Positions 37,983 to 50,586 of a stretch of 64,000 bases of DNA are shown in pieces. The first letter of the stretch is position 1, and the number at the start of each line of letters is the position of its first letter. Source of the DNA: Phoronis australis (Eukaryota; Animalia; Phoronida); contig NMRA01000353.1 in assembly GCA_002633005.1 (NCBI GenBank), positions 9,625 through 73,624 on the forward strand, written 5' to 3'. A program made the translations under genes and the position numbers. Under the pieces are notes generated by a model that was not told the DNA's origin, did no database searches, and saw only the letters and a list, made by a program, of their open reading frames with translations.

Positions 37983-38338
37983 TTACTGAAGGCGCTGTAG
38001 ACTGGACAACCCATGAACTATGGCACTCTTTAATGACTTGTAAAGACGCTCGTTAGCAGCTCGGCTGAGGTGCACACGATCCTGGTATTCCAGCTTCATA
38101 TTGTTCTTAAATCTTTGATGCTCCCCAAATTGGACGCATGGAAGACTTTGTACAGTAGTCTTGAGGTGGCAATTAAGGTCGTCCAATTTGTCATTGAAAT
38201 CCGGTGATGTGTATCTGTAGAGTATGGAGCCCAACACGATTACTTTAACACCATACTGTTGATGCAAGAGGCTCTTCAGTGCTAAAATGTAGTGCAGCAC
38301 TGTGTCCACAGGTAGAGAACTTGAATCATTCCCACCTA
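37983..38338 (-). pseudogene. SGNH/GDSL hydrolase C-terminal half (retroelement-associated type), cut by a MITE
   Basis: VGGND (block III), FNDKLDDLN, QDRVHLS (block V DxxH), RLYKSLKSAI. Confidence 0.7.
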
Positions 38339-38785
38339 CGAGTGTGTGTCCCGTATTGGAATCGGCGAAATTAGGCCTTTAAATTTGGTAGAAAATGCGT
38401 GGAAACATGACAGCATATTGTAACATGGTCTTTTCACATAAAGCAATATTGAAATTCGTCGAAAATGTTCTAGTATAAGCTAAATTTTCAAAATTATTTG
38501 CCTTGAAGTCCTGCAACTAATAATCGCCGCCAACCTTGTACAAAGATTGAAGATTTAATAGCAACACGACATTTAGGTACCGGTTTTATATTAAAGCTAT
38601 GAAAGGAAACCTCCATTTCATGAAAACATAACGAATTATAAAGTCTTGTACTCAATTTATCGTTTTAAATGCAATCGTAAAATATATTCCAATGCAAGCA
38701 GCCCATACTGGAGTTCAAATGCGGGAACGGCTCGTATCGGAATATTCCGATTTGGGCCGAATTCCAATACAGGGCAGAACACCTG
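38339..38785. mobile_element. MITE interrupting the SGNH ORF
   Basis: Imperfect TIR gtgtgtgtcccgtattggaatcggcgaaat / gatttgggccgaattccaatacagggcagaacacctg. Confidence 0.65.
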
Positions 38786-40182
38786 CACTCGATTACATGT
38801 ATGTGCCTATTGCACAGGCTAGCATTCACCCATATTGCATTTCTGAATTGATTTTCAAAATAGAATAGTATGCTTTCAAAAGCGGAAACATGCTCAATTT
38901 TAAGTCGCTATTTTATTACTAGCGCGAGTTGCAGTTATCGCCTGGGACATTGCATTGCATTGCGAGATCGCACATTTTGGAATTCCAGGCACCAGTCAAA
39001 TTTGGTGACCTCTCGGTCATTTTGGAGACCACAGCGAGAATTACTGGATCTACATATTTTCACACACATTGTGTGAAACTTTAGTTTTCTCAGCAATCTG
39101 TTCTAATTTGAAACGTTCAACAATCATAAAGAAATGATCATACTTTATTCATGTTGGAAATAGTATTCATAATATTCATCACGTTTAATTCAATACCACA
39201 CGTGCTATAGCCTTAGAGTCTATTTTGGATGGTTACTGGAGATTTGATTCTTGAAATACATCACCCTTCTGACCTCAGGGCAATAAAGTTTATAATCAAT
39301 AGGCTTTACTGACCCACTTTTGAAGGAAGTTGTGCGTTACCGTGAGTGCTCAAACAGTTGAAAAAATTACTACCCTGTAAATCCCACAATTCAGAGTGCA
39401 CATGGTGGCTATTTCTGTGTCGGTTTCTAAATTTGAGTTCAGCAATCATCTAATGGGACACCTTTTTCAGATTTCTTGAAGACCAAAATCACGCCAAGCT
39501 ATATGAGTGGTGCATATTTGAGTGCTTATATCAATTTCCTGTGAAAATATAAGATTTTTGACTACCATAGCACAACAGAGTAGGAACACCAAAAATAATG
39601 CAAAACATCTGAGGAAGCCTTTAAAACATAATTCGCACTATCTGGAAAAGGTATTCAGTTTGATTCTTCATGGAAAGTCTTTAAAAACTTGCAAAAGCTG
39701 TGTAAAAGTTACGCATAGATGATTCAGTTTAAAATTTATTTTTGGAAAATTACATTTCCAAAAGTTGGAAAATGTGCACAACTGTTAATATCCCGCGAAA
39801 CACATAAGGACTTGTCGCAAATTATTAACGTGTGTTTACAAGCGAGATCTTCATTTAAAAGCGTGACATTCTCAAAATCATTATTATGAAAGTAAATCTT
39901 CAATTGTGAATGTTCAAGGATCAGAGGTAAAGAGTATAGTTAATTGTAATGAAACTACTGTACACAATTTTTTAACATGGATATCTGTGTGGTTAAGTCA
40001 CACAGCAAATCTGACAAGCTTTCCTCTAAATCAACTTCAATCTTAAAAGTGCATTAAAGAAGAAGACCTTGAGCACTTAATAGATGACTGAAAAGGGTTT
40101 TTCATAGACTAGGCAAAGGTATGGATAAGTAGAATCAACTTACTCCAGAGACTAAAGTGTTGTGACTCTCTACAGTCCTTTG

Positions 40183-40630
40183 TCAACGACTGATGACGTG
40201 ACGTCCAGGTGTCCCGCCGTTCTGTTTTCCGGAAGTAGTATGACGTCGTAGATAGGCGGAAGCTGCATTGGTGATTAATGGTGAGCTTGTTAGTCTTGAT
40301 ATATATAATTCCTTAACCTGTTTTGAGAACCAGTTCTCATCTTCAGCCAGGATCTTGGCATATCTGCCACTTACAGTATGGCCAGAGGTTCCTAGATGCT
40401 CTCCCACCCTAGTCCACTTTTTTGTGCTCTTTGATTCTGGTACGCAGAGATCGCTTAGTCTCGTCAATGTAGGTATGGGATGGATCTTCAGTGCAGGACA
40501 TTTGAATGTGACACAACATGGGCAATCGAGGGGCCGGGTGGGTAACTTGAGGTGGACTAGCTTGTTTCTCAGGCTGAACAACTGTGACGAGCTTGGTCAA
40601 TTCTTAAATCCAGATGTTACACACAAATAT
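40183..40630 (-). pseudogene. Penelope-like GIY-YIG endonuclease 3' fragment
   Basis: NKLVH.K, SCTEDPSHTYIDETKRSLRTRIKEHKK, VGEHLGTSGHTV..KILAEDENWFSKQVKE. Confidence 0.8.
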
Positions 40631-42952
40631 TAATGCTCCAGATACTTCGCCCTCTGATGTGGTGTGTGTACCGCTGACAGGCTCAAGGCCGAAACCAATG
40701 AGAACTAGGATTCCTCTTTAAATCATATAAATGATAGTATATTTTATTCGATCTGTAAACAACAAATTACAAAACATTAGAAACTAATTAATCTAAATAA
40801 CAGTTACTTGTCAAACGCTATTTATAATTCCGATATAAAATTTAATTACCGTAATAAGATTCCTAGCTTATTATTTTGGTAAATCTAAACACATTACTGA
40901 TCTAACTTCCATGATAACTGCATCATATTCAAACATACTTGTATTAAACTATTTAAACTTTCGTTATTTCTTATTCACGCTATTTTTCATAATAGTCAAA
41001 CATATTTCTGAGTTTTCTATTTGACAATAATTCTAAATAAACCTTATTTTACTTAAATATTACAATACGAATAATAGTAAATAACTACTTACTTCTGTGG
41101 AGGAATCAAAGTCCTGCTACATCGGTTTTAACTTCATAAACTGCTTCACTACTTCTTAACCCGTTTACATCTCCGTTCTGAACTGCTGTAAAATGCCTTC
41201 TCATTCAGAATTTATATGATTCTAACCCTATGACTAATCTAGTCACTTTTCATGATTTTACTTGCCCCTACCAAATTTGTCACCGAATTCTCTTGTCAGT
41301 GAATAGCTGTACTACGAACATGGCCATATTTAAAGGTTATTTCTTGGAATCTATCCAATTATACATAGAACTCACTACAACTGCTGCATGGAACTATATG
41401 AGTAACACTATTACATAATAAGCCCTGTTTCCTAGAGTCATCAACCCACACACTGCACTCATCCCATCAGCTGTAGTCACATGCCCGATTCTAACATAAA
41501 CATAAACACAACAGTGTGAGTTGTGCATATTGAATGTATATGTGCAAAACAGAACTTGAATCAAATAGTGGTTTAACTTGTTATTGTGCCGCCTAGTGTC
41601 AAGTTGTTTGCTAACTTCTATACCCAGTTTCTAGGCGGATGTTTTTTAAATTAGGTAAATCTTACGTTGATGTTACAGAGACGACAACACCTCACCATTT
41701 TCAGGTGGATCCTACAATTTTTTCCCGTTTTTATTACGTTTGCGTCTGTTTTTTCAGTGTTCCTGTCTTTACGCCAATGCGCTTGAAAGACGATTAATGT
41801 CATTCTTTTCTATTCTTTTCTTTTGTTTTTTGTACCTCAAATTCTCACAAGCTACTTCATTGATATATTGGTATTATGCTGTATGTCTTTCAGTTTAGGA
41901 GAATACGTCTGACCTTCATTTTTAGTCTGTCTGTTTAATGTGGTGCTTGAAGGATCTTCATGAGATATTCTTTGGATGTGCTTCTGATAAAGTATTCACA
42001 AGTTTGCTCAAAACCTTAAATTGCCTTTGGTTGCATGCTATATGATGAGCCTCTTTGCGTTGTTTTTCAGACTGGTGAATTGCTTCTCCGTTCATGATCA
42101 ACACTACTTTTGTCGTCAAGTGACTTTTCAAGCATCACTCAATGCCGTTGACAATGGCGGGGAACGTCTTCCTTTGCATGTTATCAAAGTATCAAAACTC
42201 ATGAAACATCCTCTGTGATGTTCTCAGTAGAACCTAAATTCTTCATTAACAAGTTTCACAAGTGTTGTTAGATCGTCATTTGTTTGAAGGTTCTTTTGCT
42301 CAGTCATTCATGGATTTGCTGCAATGACGTACTTCCAGAATCCACGTGGTCGTGCTGCGACCACGTCATACAGGTTGTCCGGCCAGTTAAAGACTCGTGG
42401 ATATAAATTAGATCTACGGGTCCTGACTACAAACCCTTGTTTCGAATCCAAAAAAAATACGGAATACCTGTGTACGTTCAACTTCATTTATTTCAATGGA
42501 GTGTAATTTTCACAATTGCCAATAAGAAAATATGGACATTCCTTGCGTCACAACTATACACATGCACAGTATCTGTTCGCATCTTGCATCTTTATTTCTT
42601 CCGTGCACCAACTGTTGCTTATAGATATGAACGGTTAATAACATCAAACTTAGTTCTTATTTGCAGACACCCCATCAAGCCAACTGGAAGTGGAGAAGGT
42701 GAAGGTATGTCAATTATATTTTTCTTAAACTCAAAATTAACCTAAAGAGTTCCTACAATGCATTTCCTTAGTCTTTGAGGTTTCAGTTAGCTAATATGAA
42801 ATGAATGCCTTAAAACCTAATATAATGGTCGCATTTTTTAATTTTGAAGAAAAACTTATTAGTTCTAAGTTTGCCGCTAAATGATATAATAGGTGGAAGA
42901 TATTTGGTCACTTGACAATCAATTGCATTACTGACAAAACACAGCAGAGCAG

Positions 42953-43353
42953 GGCCCGGTCTCCAATCTTTTTACTCGAAATGGAACTCGAAATTAGGTT
43001 TGGCATTTTCTACTCTACTTTTGGGCGAAATCAAGATAAGTGTCTATTATTCTATGCTCGAGTACACAATAACTTACGTAGATAATTTATTGTCCTTAGT
43101 TCAAAGTTTGTAAACCCAATATTAAAGCAATAAGTTCGAGTTTGAACTCGAAATTTCGAGTTTTTACTCGAGTTTGTAGCACGAATATAAGGGTCTTCCA
43201 GGGCAAACTTGAAGTAGAAACTCCTATGCATAAACTATAATGTATTCGAGCACAGTCTGATAACCAATTATCTTAAGTTCGCACAAAAGGAGCAGAGAAA
43301 TTGCCAAAAATAGTTTCGAGTTCGTTTCAAGTACAAAGATTAGAGACCGGGCC
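42953..43353. mobile_element. PIF/Harbinger (Tourist-like) fold-back MITE
   Basis: TIR ggcccggtctcYaatcttt.tact.gaaa; CAG on both flanks (42950-42952, 43354-43356); the arms stay imperfectly complementary far into the element. Confidence 0.85.
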
Positions 43354-43629
43354 CAGAAGACGAGGTCGATTTTTAGTGAGAATTAGACAACTATAATGCA
43401 GACAGAGAGGAGAGTAGATATGGCCATCACACTCAAATACTAGAAGAATTTGACAACACATTCGATTTCCCACTTAGCTAACTTTCGTCGACTTTGAAGC
43501 CATACCTACCAACTTGACTCACTGGCACGATGCCGCACACAAAAGTGAGCCACAACCAACTGAACCACGGAGTGGTCAACACTCAGACAAAGCCGCATTA
43601 AACTTTGGTCACTCGTATTCATGATGAAA

Positions 43630-44056
43630 TTGACTTACATTGACTTAAAGCCCTTGCCACCCCGTGGTGAATTGGGCCTCTGTGACCGAACGCCATCGAA
43701 TCCTGTTGTTCGTCATCTGTCTTTTTGCTGCATGTTGTATCCGGTGTCTTCTTTACGGTTCAGAGACGTGGAGACTTACAAAAATATTGGTTAGTAGAGT
43801 ACACGTCTTTGTAAATGGATGCCTGTGACAAATCCTGCAGATTAAATGGTCGGATAGAATCACAAATGAAGAGATTTGGCGAAAAACGGGGCATGAGAGG
43901 GTAGAGACTCAGAAAAAGCTGGGAAAATGGAGTTGGGTGGGACACACAATCAGAAAAGCTGACGAAAGCATCACAAAACAAGCCCTGTCCTGGAACCCGC
44001 ACGGAAGTCGTCGACAAGGCAGACCAGTCCAAACGTGGAGGAGGAGGATGGAATTA
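43630..44056 (-). mobile_element. 5'-truncated RTE-type LINE 3' end with an inverted internal segment
   Basis: Plus strand LLYGSETW..QIKWSDRITNEEIW..WVGHTIRK..WNPHGSRRQGRPVQTWRR; minus strand ..NRIRWRSVTEA..GL* then a (taagtcaa)2 tail. Confidence 0.75.
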
Positions 44057-44139
44057 GCAGGGTCTAAACACAATGCATCAACCTACGTGTTGTAGCACTC
44101 CTTCTGGGTCCGGGCCCAGGGGCTGGCGTCACTCACCCT

Positions 44140-44558
44140 AGAATGGAAGCATTCTGTCCGTTATTTATAATATTTAGAAGTACACGATTGTTAGAGTCAT
44201 ATATGCAGAACAAAGTGTTGGTCCTGACCGAGTCGTATGTTCCACACCGTCATTCCACACTCTCGTACGGTGCAAACTTGATTCCATTTCTGTGTAACTT
44301 TCACGTCTTTAAGAAATTGGAGACGTTTTCGGTCAAGTTGTAGCCTTTTCTCACCTTTTTAAGTCTGAAAACGACGGCTCTCTGCGGGCTTACTTCATAA
44401 CTACTCAGTATCGCTCTGTTAAAACAACGGCGGAGATGGTCTTCCACTCATTATGTACAACCTAATAACAGAAAAATACTTTTGAAAAATTTGCCCGTTT
44501 CTTAATAGCAACAGCCATACTAAAGGCTTCTCTTGAGGTCATGGTGAGAAGTCTTTAA
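44140..44558 (+). repeat. Interspersed repeat, copy 2, abutting the Kolobok
   Basis: Colinear with 26568-27045. Confidence 0.8.
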
Positions 44559-44829
44559 AGTGTAAATTGCAAGGTCTAAGTATGTTAAATTGTAATAATA
44601 TTTTCAAGATATTGTTAGTTGGATATATCTTCTTCCAATTATCATGTTATTGTGTCTGTAGTTACGTTAAAAAGTGAAAATTAAAAAAAATCCGCGAAAA
44701 GTTGACCTTTGACACCGTGACATGGTGTTGGGGAACACAAACTAGATCAATATCCCAAAATGCAGTTTACCGCACATACAAAACAGTGGAAGACGAACAA
44801 GGAGCGTTCAATCTTGGCGTGATTTAGAC

Positions 44830-46204
44830 ATGGTACATCGGTGTGTGTGCGCCAACTGTGCTAACACCAGCCAGGTGGAAGGCGTGACCCTATTTAGGTT
44901 TCCCAAAGACAAGCATCTGGCCGCGAAATGGCACGTTTTCGTGTGCACTGCTCGTCATTGTAAAATGACTGTCGAGTCGGCCAGTCTGTCGGAGCCGAAA
45001 TATGCTCCGACCACTTTGAGGACGGCTGCTTCGACGACAAACATATCATGAAGTTTGAAGCTGGTCTTGTGAAAAGGTAAGTTATCTTCATAATTTATGG
45101 CTTATATCCATGACGCTTTCTCAGTGCTTGAACTATAACGATCTTTTTTCGCAATCACCATAGTTCTCGCGGTCAACAATTGCTGAGTGTTGCCGGTGGT
45201 ATTTCTTTGGAATGTTGCCCAGTAGGCTATTTGTTGATTCAACTGTTCTTGGTGTTGTGTGTGTAGCAGCGCTAGTTGAGCATCATGTTGACCCAATGCA
45301 ATTTCATTTGCTGATGGTTCTCAAAGTCAAGTCACGCGAAGTCAGTAAGGATCATTTAGGGTATCATATTTTTGAGAATCATTGTCTTCAGCCAAATTAG
45401 AGTGGAGATATACACCTGGTACTATGGGGAGAGCAGCACTTGGGGGGACAATACCATCAGCCCCCTATGGTGCACACCGCCCATGCCGATGGGCGGCCCA
45501 GCTCTGAAGTAACTACATACATGTACTATAGCCCTGTTGTAGATGTGCTTCCGGTGAATCATATGAGCCTCTGTTAGCTACTCGCTAATGGGAAATTGCC
45601 TATTAGCTGAATGGTTAGCACGCTTGCCGGTTTTATGGGGGTCGTGGGTTCGATTCCTGAGTCGGGTAATCTCGGCTATTACTACAGCCCCCCCCCCCCT
45701 ACGAGGCTATGGTGCGCTTCTGAATATCAGAGACCACTGTATTTGAGCATCAGGAGGTTCTTTGTGGGGTTTTGTCAACCAAGTAATAGATGGTGGTGTG
45801 CTGACAAAAGTTTGAACTGTTCTAACGATGGTACTTAAGTTGCACGGTTTTGATTATTAAAGTAACCTGCTTCAAAAATAAAACAGGGTTAACTCTGGTT
45901 TTGGCCTTTGCTTGAAGGTTATAAAAGTAGGCGAAAACTTGCACTTAGGTGACGTCGTGTTTAACTTAAATCATTGATTCAAAATGTTTTTTACTTTAAA
46001 TTGCAGTTGTTGTGCTTTTCAGAGTATGTGAACGAAGTAAGGAAGAATACCTTACACTTGTTGCGAAATAAAAGAGAAGCCAGTGACCTCGAAATTTGTT
46101 TGGAAATTGACGCCCCTCCAATGCTGAGTGCTGGTGCTCCAGATGTGTCCAAGGAGGAGGCCGTGGCACGGATGAGGAGCCGATATCCAGACAAATTCAA
46201 TTAG
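44830..46204 (+). pseudogene. Kolobok transposase remnants: THAP exon (44830-45076) and C-terminal tail (~46020-46204); DDE core not found
   Basis: MVHRCVCANCANT..LFRFPKD..KW, frameshift, ICSDHFEDGCFD, then gtaagt donor; tail APPMLSAGAPDVSKEEAVARMRSRY. Confidence 0.75.
45598..45838 (+). mobile_element. tRNA-derived SINE
   Basis: A box tagctgaatgg (45604) and B box ggttcgattcc (45647); no intact cloverleaf; 3' end approximate. Confidence 0.65.
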
Positions 46205-47512
46205 ACTGCTTGTTTTGTCAATGGACAGTACTGATATTTCTTTCCATCACATACATGACAATGAATGATATTGGGGCACGAAAAGACTGACGACCCACAC
46301 AGGTACCTTTTCGCCCCCTTACCGATGCATTATATGGGACGGCAACAGTTTACTGCTAATCAAATAAACCTAAAAGCTATGCCACAATATTTATAGTCAT
46401 TATATTGAAGTAACATTGAAATGTTTCAATGTTAGAACATAGTATGTCGCAGGGTTTATACAAAGCGGACAGCCATATGGCACGCTCAAAAGTGTTTCAC
46501 GATTTCCAGTACTGGTACTATAAATACTCTAGCATTGCTATCTGTACAGCTTTCAAAAAAACCCTAAAACATTGGTAGTGATGAAAATATACATGTGTGG
46601 GTCGTCAGTCTTCTCGTGCCTGCCAATATCATTCAAATTGTACGACAGAATAATCATTTGCACAGAATCCCAACTCTACTGTCTAACATTTTCTTGCGAG
46701 TTTTTGTGCGAGTGGTCCAAGCACTCTCTCCAGATTTCCCACTTCCTATACATGTGTATAATTTTGTGTGTTTTATACCATGTCATAGACATCTGAAGCT
46801 ATTGCATACTGGAGCTTTTGGGTGGAAATTCAGTAGTTTGCCATGTCATGGTAGTTAATGTCTTGTTGAATTACAGTAGAACTCGGTAAGTTGGAGCCAG
46901 TGAGACAGATATTTCATCGAAGTCAAAGTTACTTGGAGGCGTTACAGGAATTAATGCATGCTAGCCTTTCTAGTTTCCAATGAAGCACTACCAATGTAAC
47001 GAGTCCTACTGTATAAGAAGAGGGCAGGAGATTCAGTCTCTACCTCAGACAATAGTCCAGATTTTTATGTAACAGCAATATTGTTGAATGTGTTCACTTG
47101 AAACTCACTAACAACTCCAGTGAGACCAATTCCTAAGTAAACCATAACTGATGTTGAGTTTAGAGGTTTATAATGTAGTTCTAGTAACATTACACTTGTC
47201 ATGACCATGTCACTATAAGTTCCTGAACATCAATATATGCTACTTTCTTTGTCAATTGTTTACCATTCTGAAAACACAGAAATCCATCATGGAATGCCAA
47301 CTTCATTTTTGTACCACTGAGATTGCGCTGTGATTGCATTCGTTTGTTAGGATATTTGTTCTCTCTATGGAACTTGTCACTTATTTCAACTCGTCCAAAG
47401 TAGATAAGGCTACTCCCCGAGTCACAAGTTTTAGTAATAGAGTACTTAGGTAATGAGCTGGAGTTGGCATTCCAGGGATAAGACAACTCGATATATATAT
47501 ACATAAATGAAA

Positions 47513-49312
47513 CTAATAAGAAAACCCTTGAAACTCAAAGTCCTCCTCATTTCCCGGTGGAGGGTAAAAAGCTCTGATGCAGGCTACTGCGCATGCTGGA
47601 ATTACAACACGGACAGTTCGTCCTAGGTAACCATGCACCCATCTTTGGAACTGTCTGTAGGCTATGTGTCGCATCCTTTTATCAAAGGGTCCGTCATAGC
47701 CATCCGGATATTGGCTTTTATACTGCAGCCATGCAGTCTCCAAAACATCACGATTGATGCACACAGGTTGAAAACTTCCATGGTCCACGATACATTTTTT
47801 TCTTCCGTTTAAGTTGTCCCTCTTCATTTCTTCCTCAAGTTTAGCAATAACCTTGTTGACCTCTTGACAACATACTCTTTCTTCAATGACTGCAGTAGTC
47901 TGACAGTTGTCACACGTGCACCTGCAAGATGTGACAATATGTATACATTACTTTAGTAAACATCAAAATGTCGAATTGAAAAAATTACTGATTTACCAAG
48001 AGTGTCTCGGCCAAATTAATTGAGGGTTTGCAATGACCTCAGTTTTCGAGAAGACTGATTGTTGAGCAGCGACCTGTTTAAAACAGAACAAAAATGAAAC
48101 TAAATTCCAAAAAACAAGCTTTGAAACATCACATAAATAGTAAAGATATTTACTTTTCATACAAATGAATACTGCTACACCCAGGGCAGTGGCAGATCAT
48201 GCCTGGGGGATATATATATAGGAATGGACATACTTAGTTTGATTTGCTGACACCTGATTCATTGATGGAGGGGTCTGTTTTGTTAATAATCGTGAATATT
48301 ACAGTAAACATTTTTAAAAACTTCTCCATATCCGATGCCTTCTATACTCTTTAGAAACTTTACCAGACGGTTCCTTCCCAAGTCAACTCGCACCCAAGCC
48401 ATGTACCAATTTTCACAAATAACAGCAACATTAGGTACATAGGCATGAAAGCATTGACTTACACAAACTAAACCTGGTTAGAAAAACGTGTGTACATTGC
48501 TCTGGGTCCAAGTTGACTTGGCCCTAGAGTATGAAAATGAAGTGACCTGTTTTATAACCCATGGAATTCCCTCCGGCCCCCAGGTAAGAAAGTCTAAGTT
48601 GCAAAATTGCAATTCTTTTTTCCTCTTGTTTACACTACACAGTTGAGTATTGGGAGGTGGTTCTCATTCTTTCCCATGCATACATTTATTCACTCACTAG
48701 TAAGACTGAGCTCAGGGGAGTAGGAGACAACTTCGTACAATGCCCAATTGTCTGCCAGTGAAAGCCAGGATTCGAACCCGAGTCTCACAAACAAGAGTCC
48801 GGGGCCCAAACCAATGCGCCACTGTCTACAAATAATGAAAGACCACACATTGTTGAGTGATTTGCGTAAGTGCAACGAGTCCCATTTTTTATCACTGAAA
48901 CTGGTACTTATCCACGGCTGAAAAATGATTCATCAGTGGGGACGAGAGCGCCTGGGAGTGACCGGTAAAGCTACTGAACTTAAAATTAAAAAAGACCAAG
49001 TAGTAATTTGCGGTAGTATGATGCATATTTATAATATTCTTACCAGTCACTAACATTCTGTCGCAACTCCTGCGCGTTGATATTCACTGCACGAACCGGC
49101 TGGGGCTGGATCGTCGACAACCGGAGCAAGGGGATCGAGGGAAAACGGTTCTACTAGAGAGAAGGTGTGAGCACAAATTGTTCCTATGGGGTCTATCGCC
49201 TCCTCCTCCACATCCAAAACGTCAGAATCGTCTGAAAACTCCACCTGACCCTCCCTGTATCTTTCAAAATATTCTAATCTTCATCTACGCTGCTGTACTC
49301 ACTGGGATCCAT
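47513..49312 (-). pseudogene. KolX / P2X7-ballast-like Cys-rich gene, 2 exons (49312-49044 damaged; 47921-47513 open)
   Basis: Splicing gtaag..ttgcag rebuilds QNVSDW-CTCDNC..ERVCCQE..CIVDHGSFQPVCINRDVL..RHIAYRQFQRWVHGYLGRTVRVVIPACAVACIRAFYP..FQGF. Confidence 0.85.
48650..48827 (-). mobile_element. tRNA-derived SINE in the KolX intron
   Basis: Minus-strand A box tggcgcattgg and B box ggttcgaatcc; weak CORE-like body. Confidence 0.65.
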
Positions 49313-50586
49313 ATTGTTTTCTTTGTGTTCCCCAACACCACGTCACAGATGTGTAACGAAGGAAAATGGCGCCGTTTCTATTTTCCGTTTTAACAATGGC
49401 GTTACAACGCCACGGCAACAAATATGTAAATAACTTTTTATAGCGACGTACAATTCAGTTAATGTTAAGAATATAGCAAGAATAAATATAAACACGAATT
49501 TAGAGCATATTGTTGTTCAGATTGGTTGAGACCTTGCAATTTACACTTTAACGTAGGTAGACGACAATACGCAGCATTAACAGCATCATTTTCGTATTAA
49601 AGCAATTCAAGTCATTGTTCCCAAATCTTCTTGTCCGAACTCACTTTTTCCGGATGAACCGGTACTCTCCTGTGTAGTAATAGCTGGCCGTTATCAGCGT
49701 ATGTAAAACGACGACTGGAGTCTGACATATAACGCATGTATTCCACTTGGCTAGTGATAGAGAATCACTACGCGATACTACTACATCCCTCCTGTCACAA
49801 AAGTAAAGAGTGACAAACTATGAACCCTAACGAACATAACTGGCTTAGTCTAATAGAAACCACAGTGTATGTTATTAGTGAATGTTTCTAATAAATGTCA
49901 CTGATCATAATCACACAAAGTCCTTGAATCGTTCGGGTCGGGAAGTCTTTCTTCCTGATCTCCTGGGTGCGTTCAGCTGAACGGTAGTGGTGGTAGTGGT
50001 GGTAGGTTTGTCCTTGTCAACTGCTGGAACTGCATACATCGTATTGAGAGGGCTGGCAAGATTGAGGTTGCTTTCAGAATATTGAGTACTGTGTGAGGTT
50101 TACCGTTGTTCTGGTTTCAGCTATTTTATTAAAAATCTTATAAATAATTGTACAAGCCACTTACCTCTTTTTGCAGTGTCGGCTGGAAGCGACGATATTC
50201 CAAACAAAATCATACTCGGGGCAGCCTTTGCAGTGATGGCGATGATCTCCACCATTTAAAGCTGTGAAGTCATCAGAGACAAGCTCTGTAGCAATTTTTA
50301 GTTTTAACATCCCAGCTGATTTTCTACACTACAACCATCGCGAAGGAGAAACCCATGAACTCCAAAGTTAAAACAATATTATTTTTTCAATTCTCCGCAA
50401 AATGTTCCAGTTGCATGATGACTTGATAACCTAACATGTCTTTTTCATCAATCAGGTTTTATTTTTACATGCCTGATGATGTTCAATCGTTACTTGGTTG
50501 ATAATTAGATTTTACTGAGTTTTGCTTGTTACTTCTTTGGGCTTGGCCAACTGATTTGTAGTCGGCAACGGTAGCGGAGGCAGACC

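Larger units (their letters stand above)
44559..49547 (+). mobile_element. Kolobok DNA transposon (internally deleted) with convergent transposase and KolX genes
   Basis: Perfect 19-bp TIR agtgtaaattgcaaggtct; TTAA at 44555-44558 and 49548-49551. Confidence 0.93.

Noticed and set aside
40670-40700. Hammerhead-like ctgaca-ggc-tcaag-gcc-gaaac
   Set aside because: The core lacks a conserved G, and no stem III or cleavage triplet with stem I pairing was found
42667-42704. Possible plus-strand micro-exon (ttgcag..gtatgt)
   Set aside because: No partner exons or recognisable peptide; could be chance
45598-45670. tRNA gene
   Set aside because: A and B boxes are present but there are no proper acceptor or anticodon stems; this is a SINE head (same for 48762-48827)
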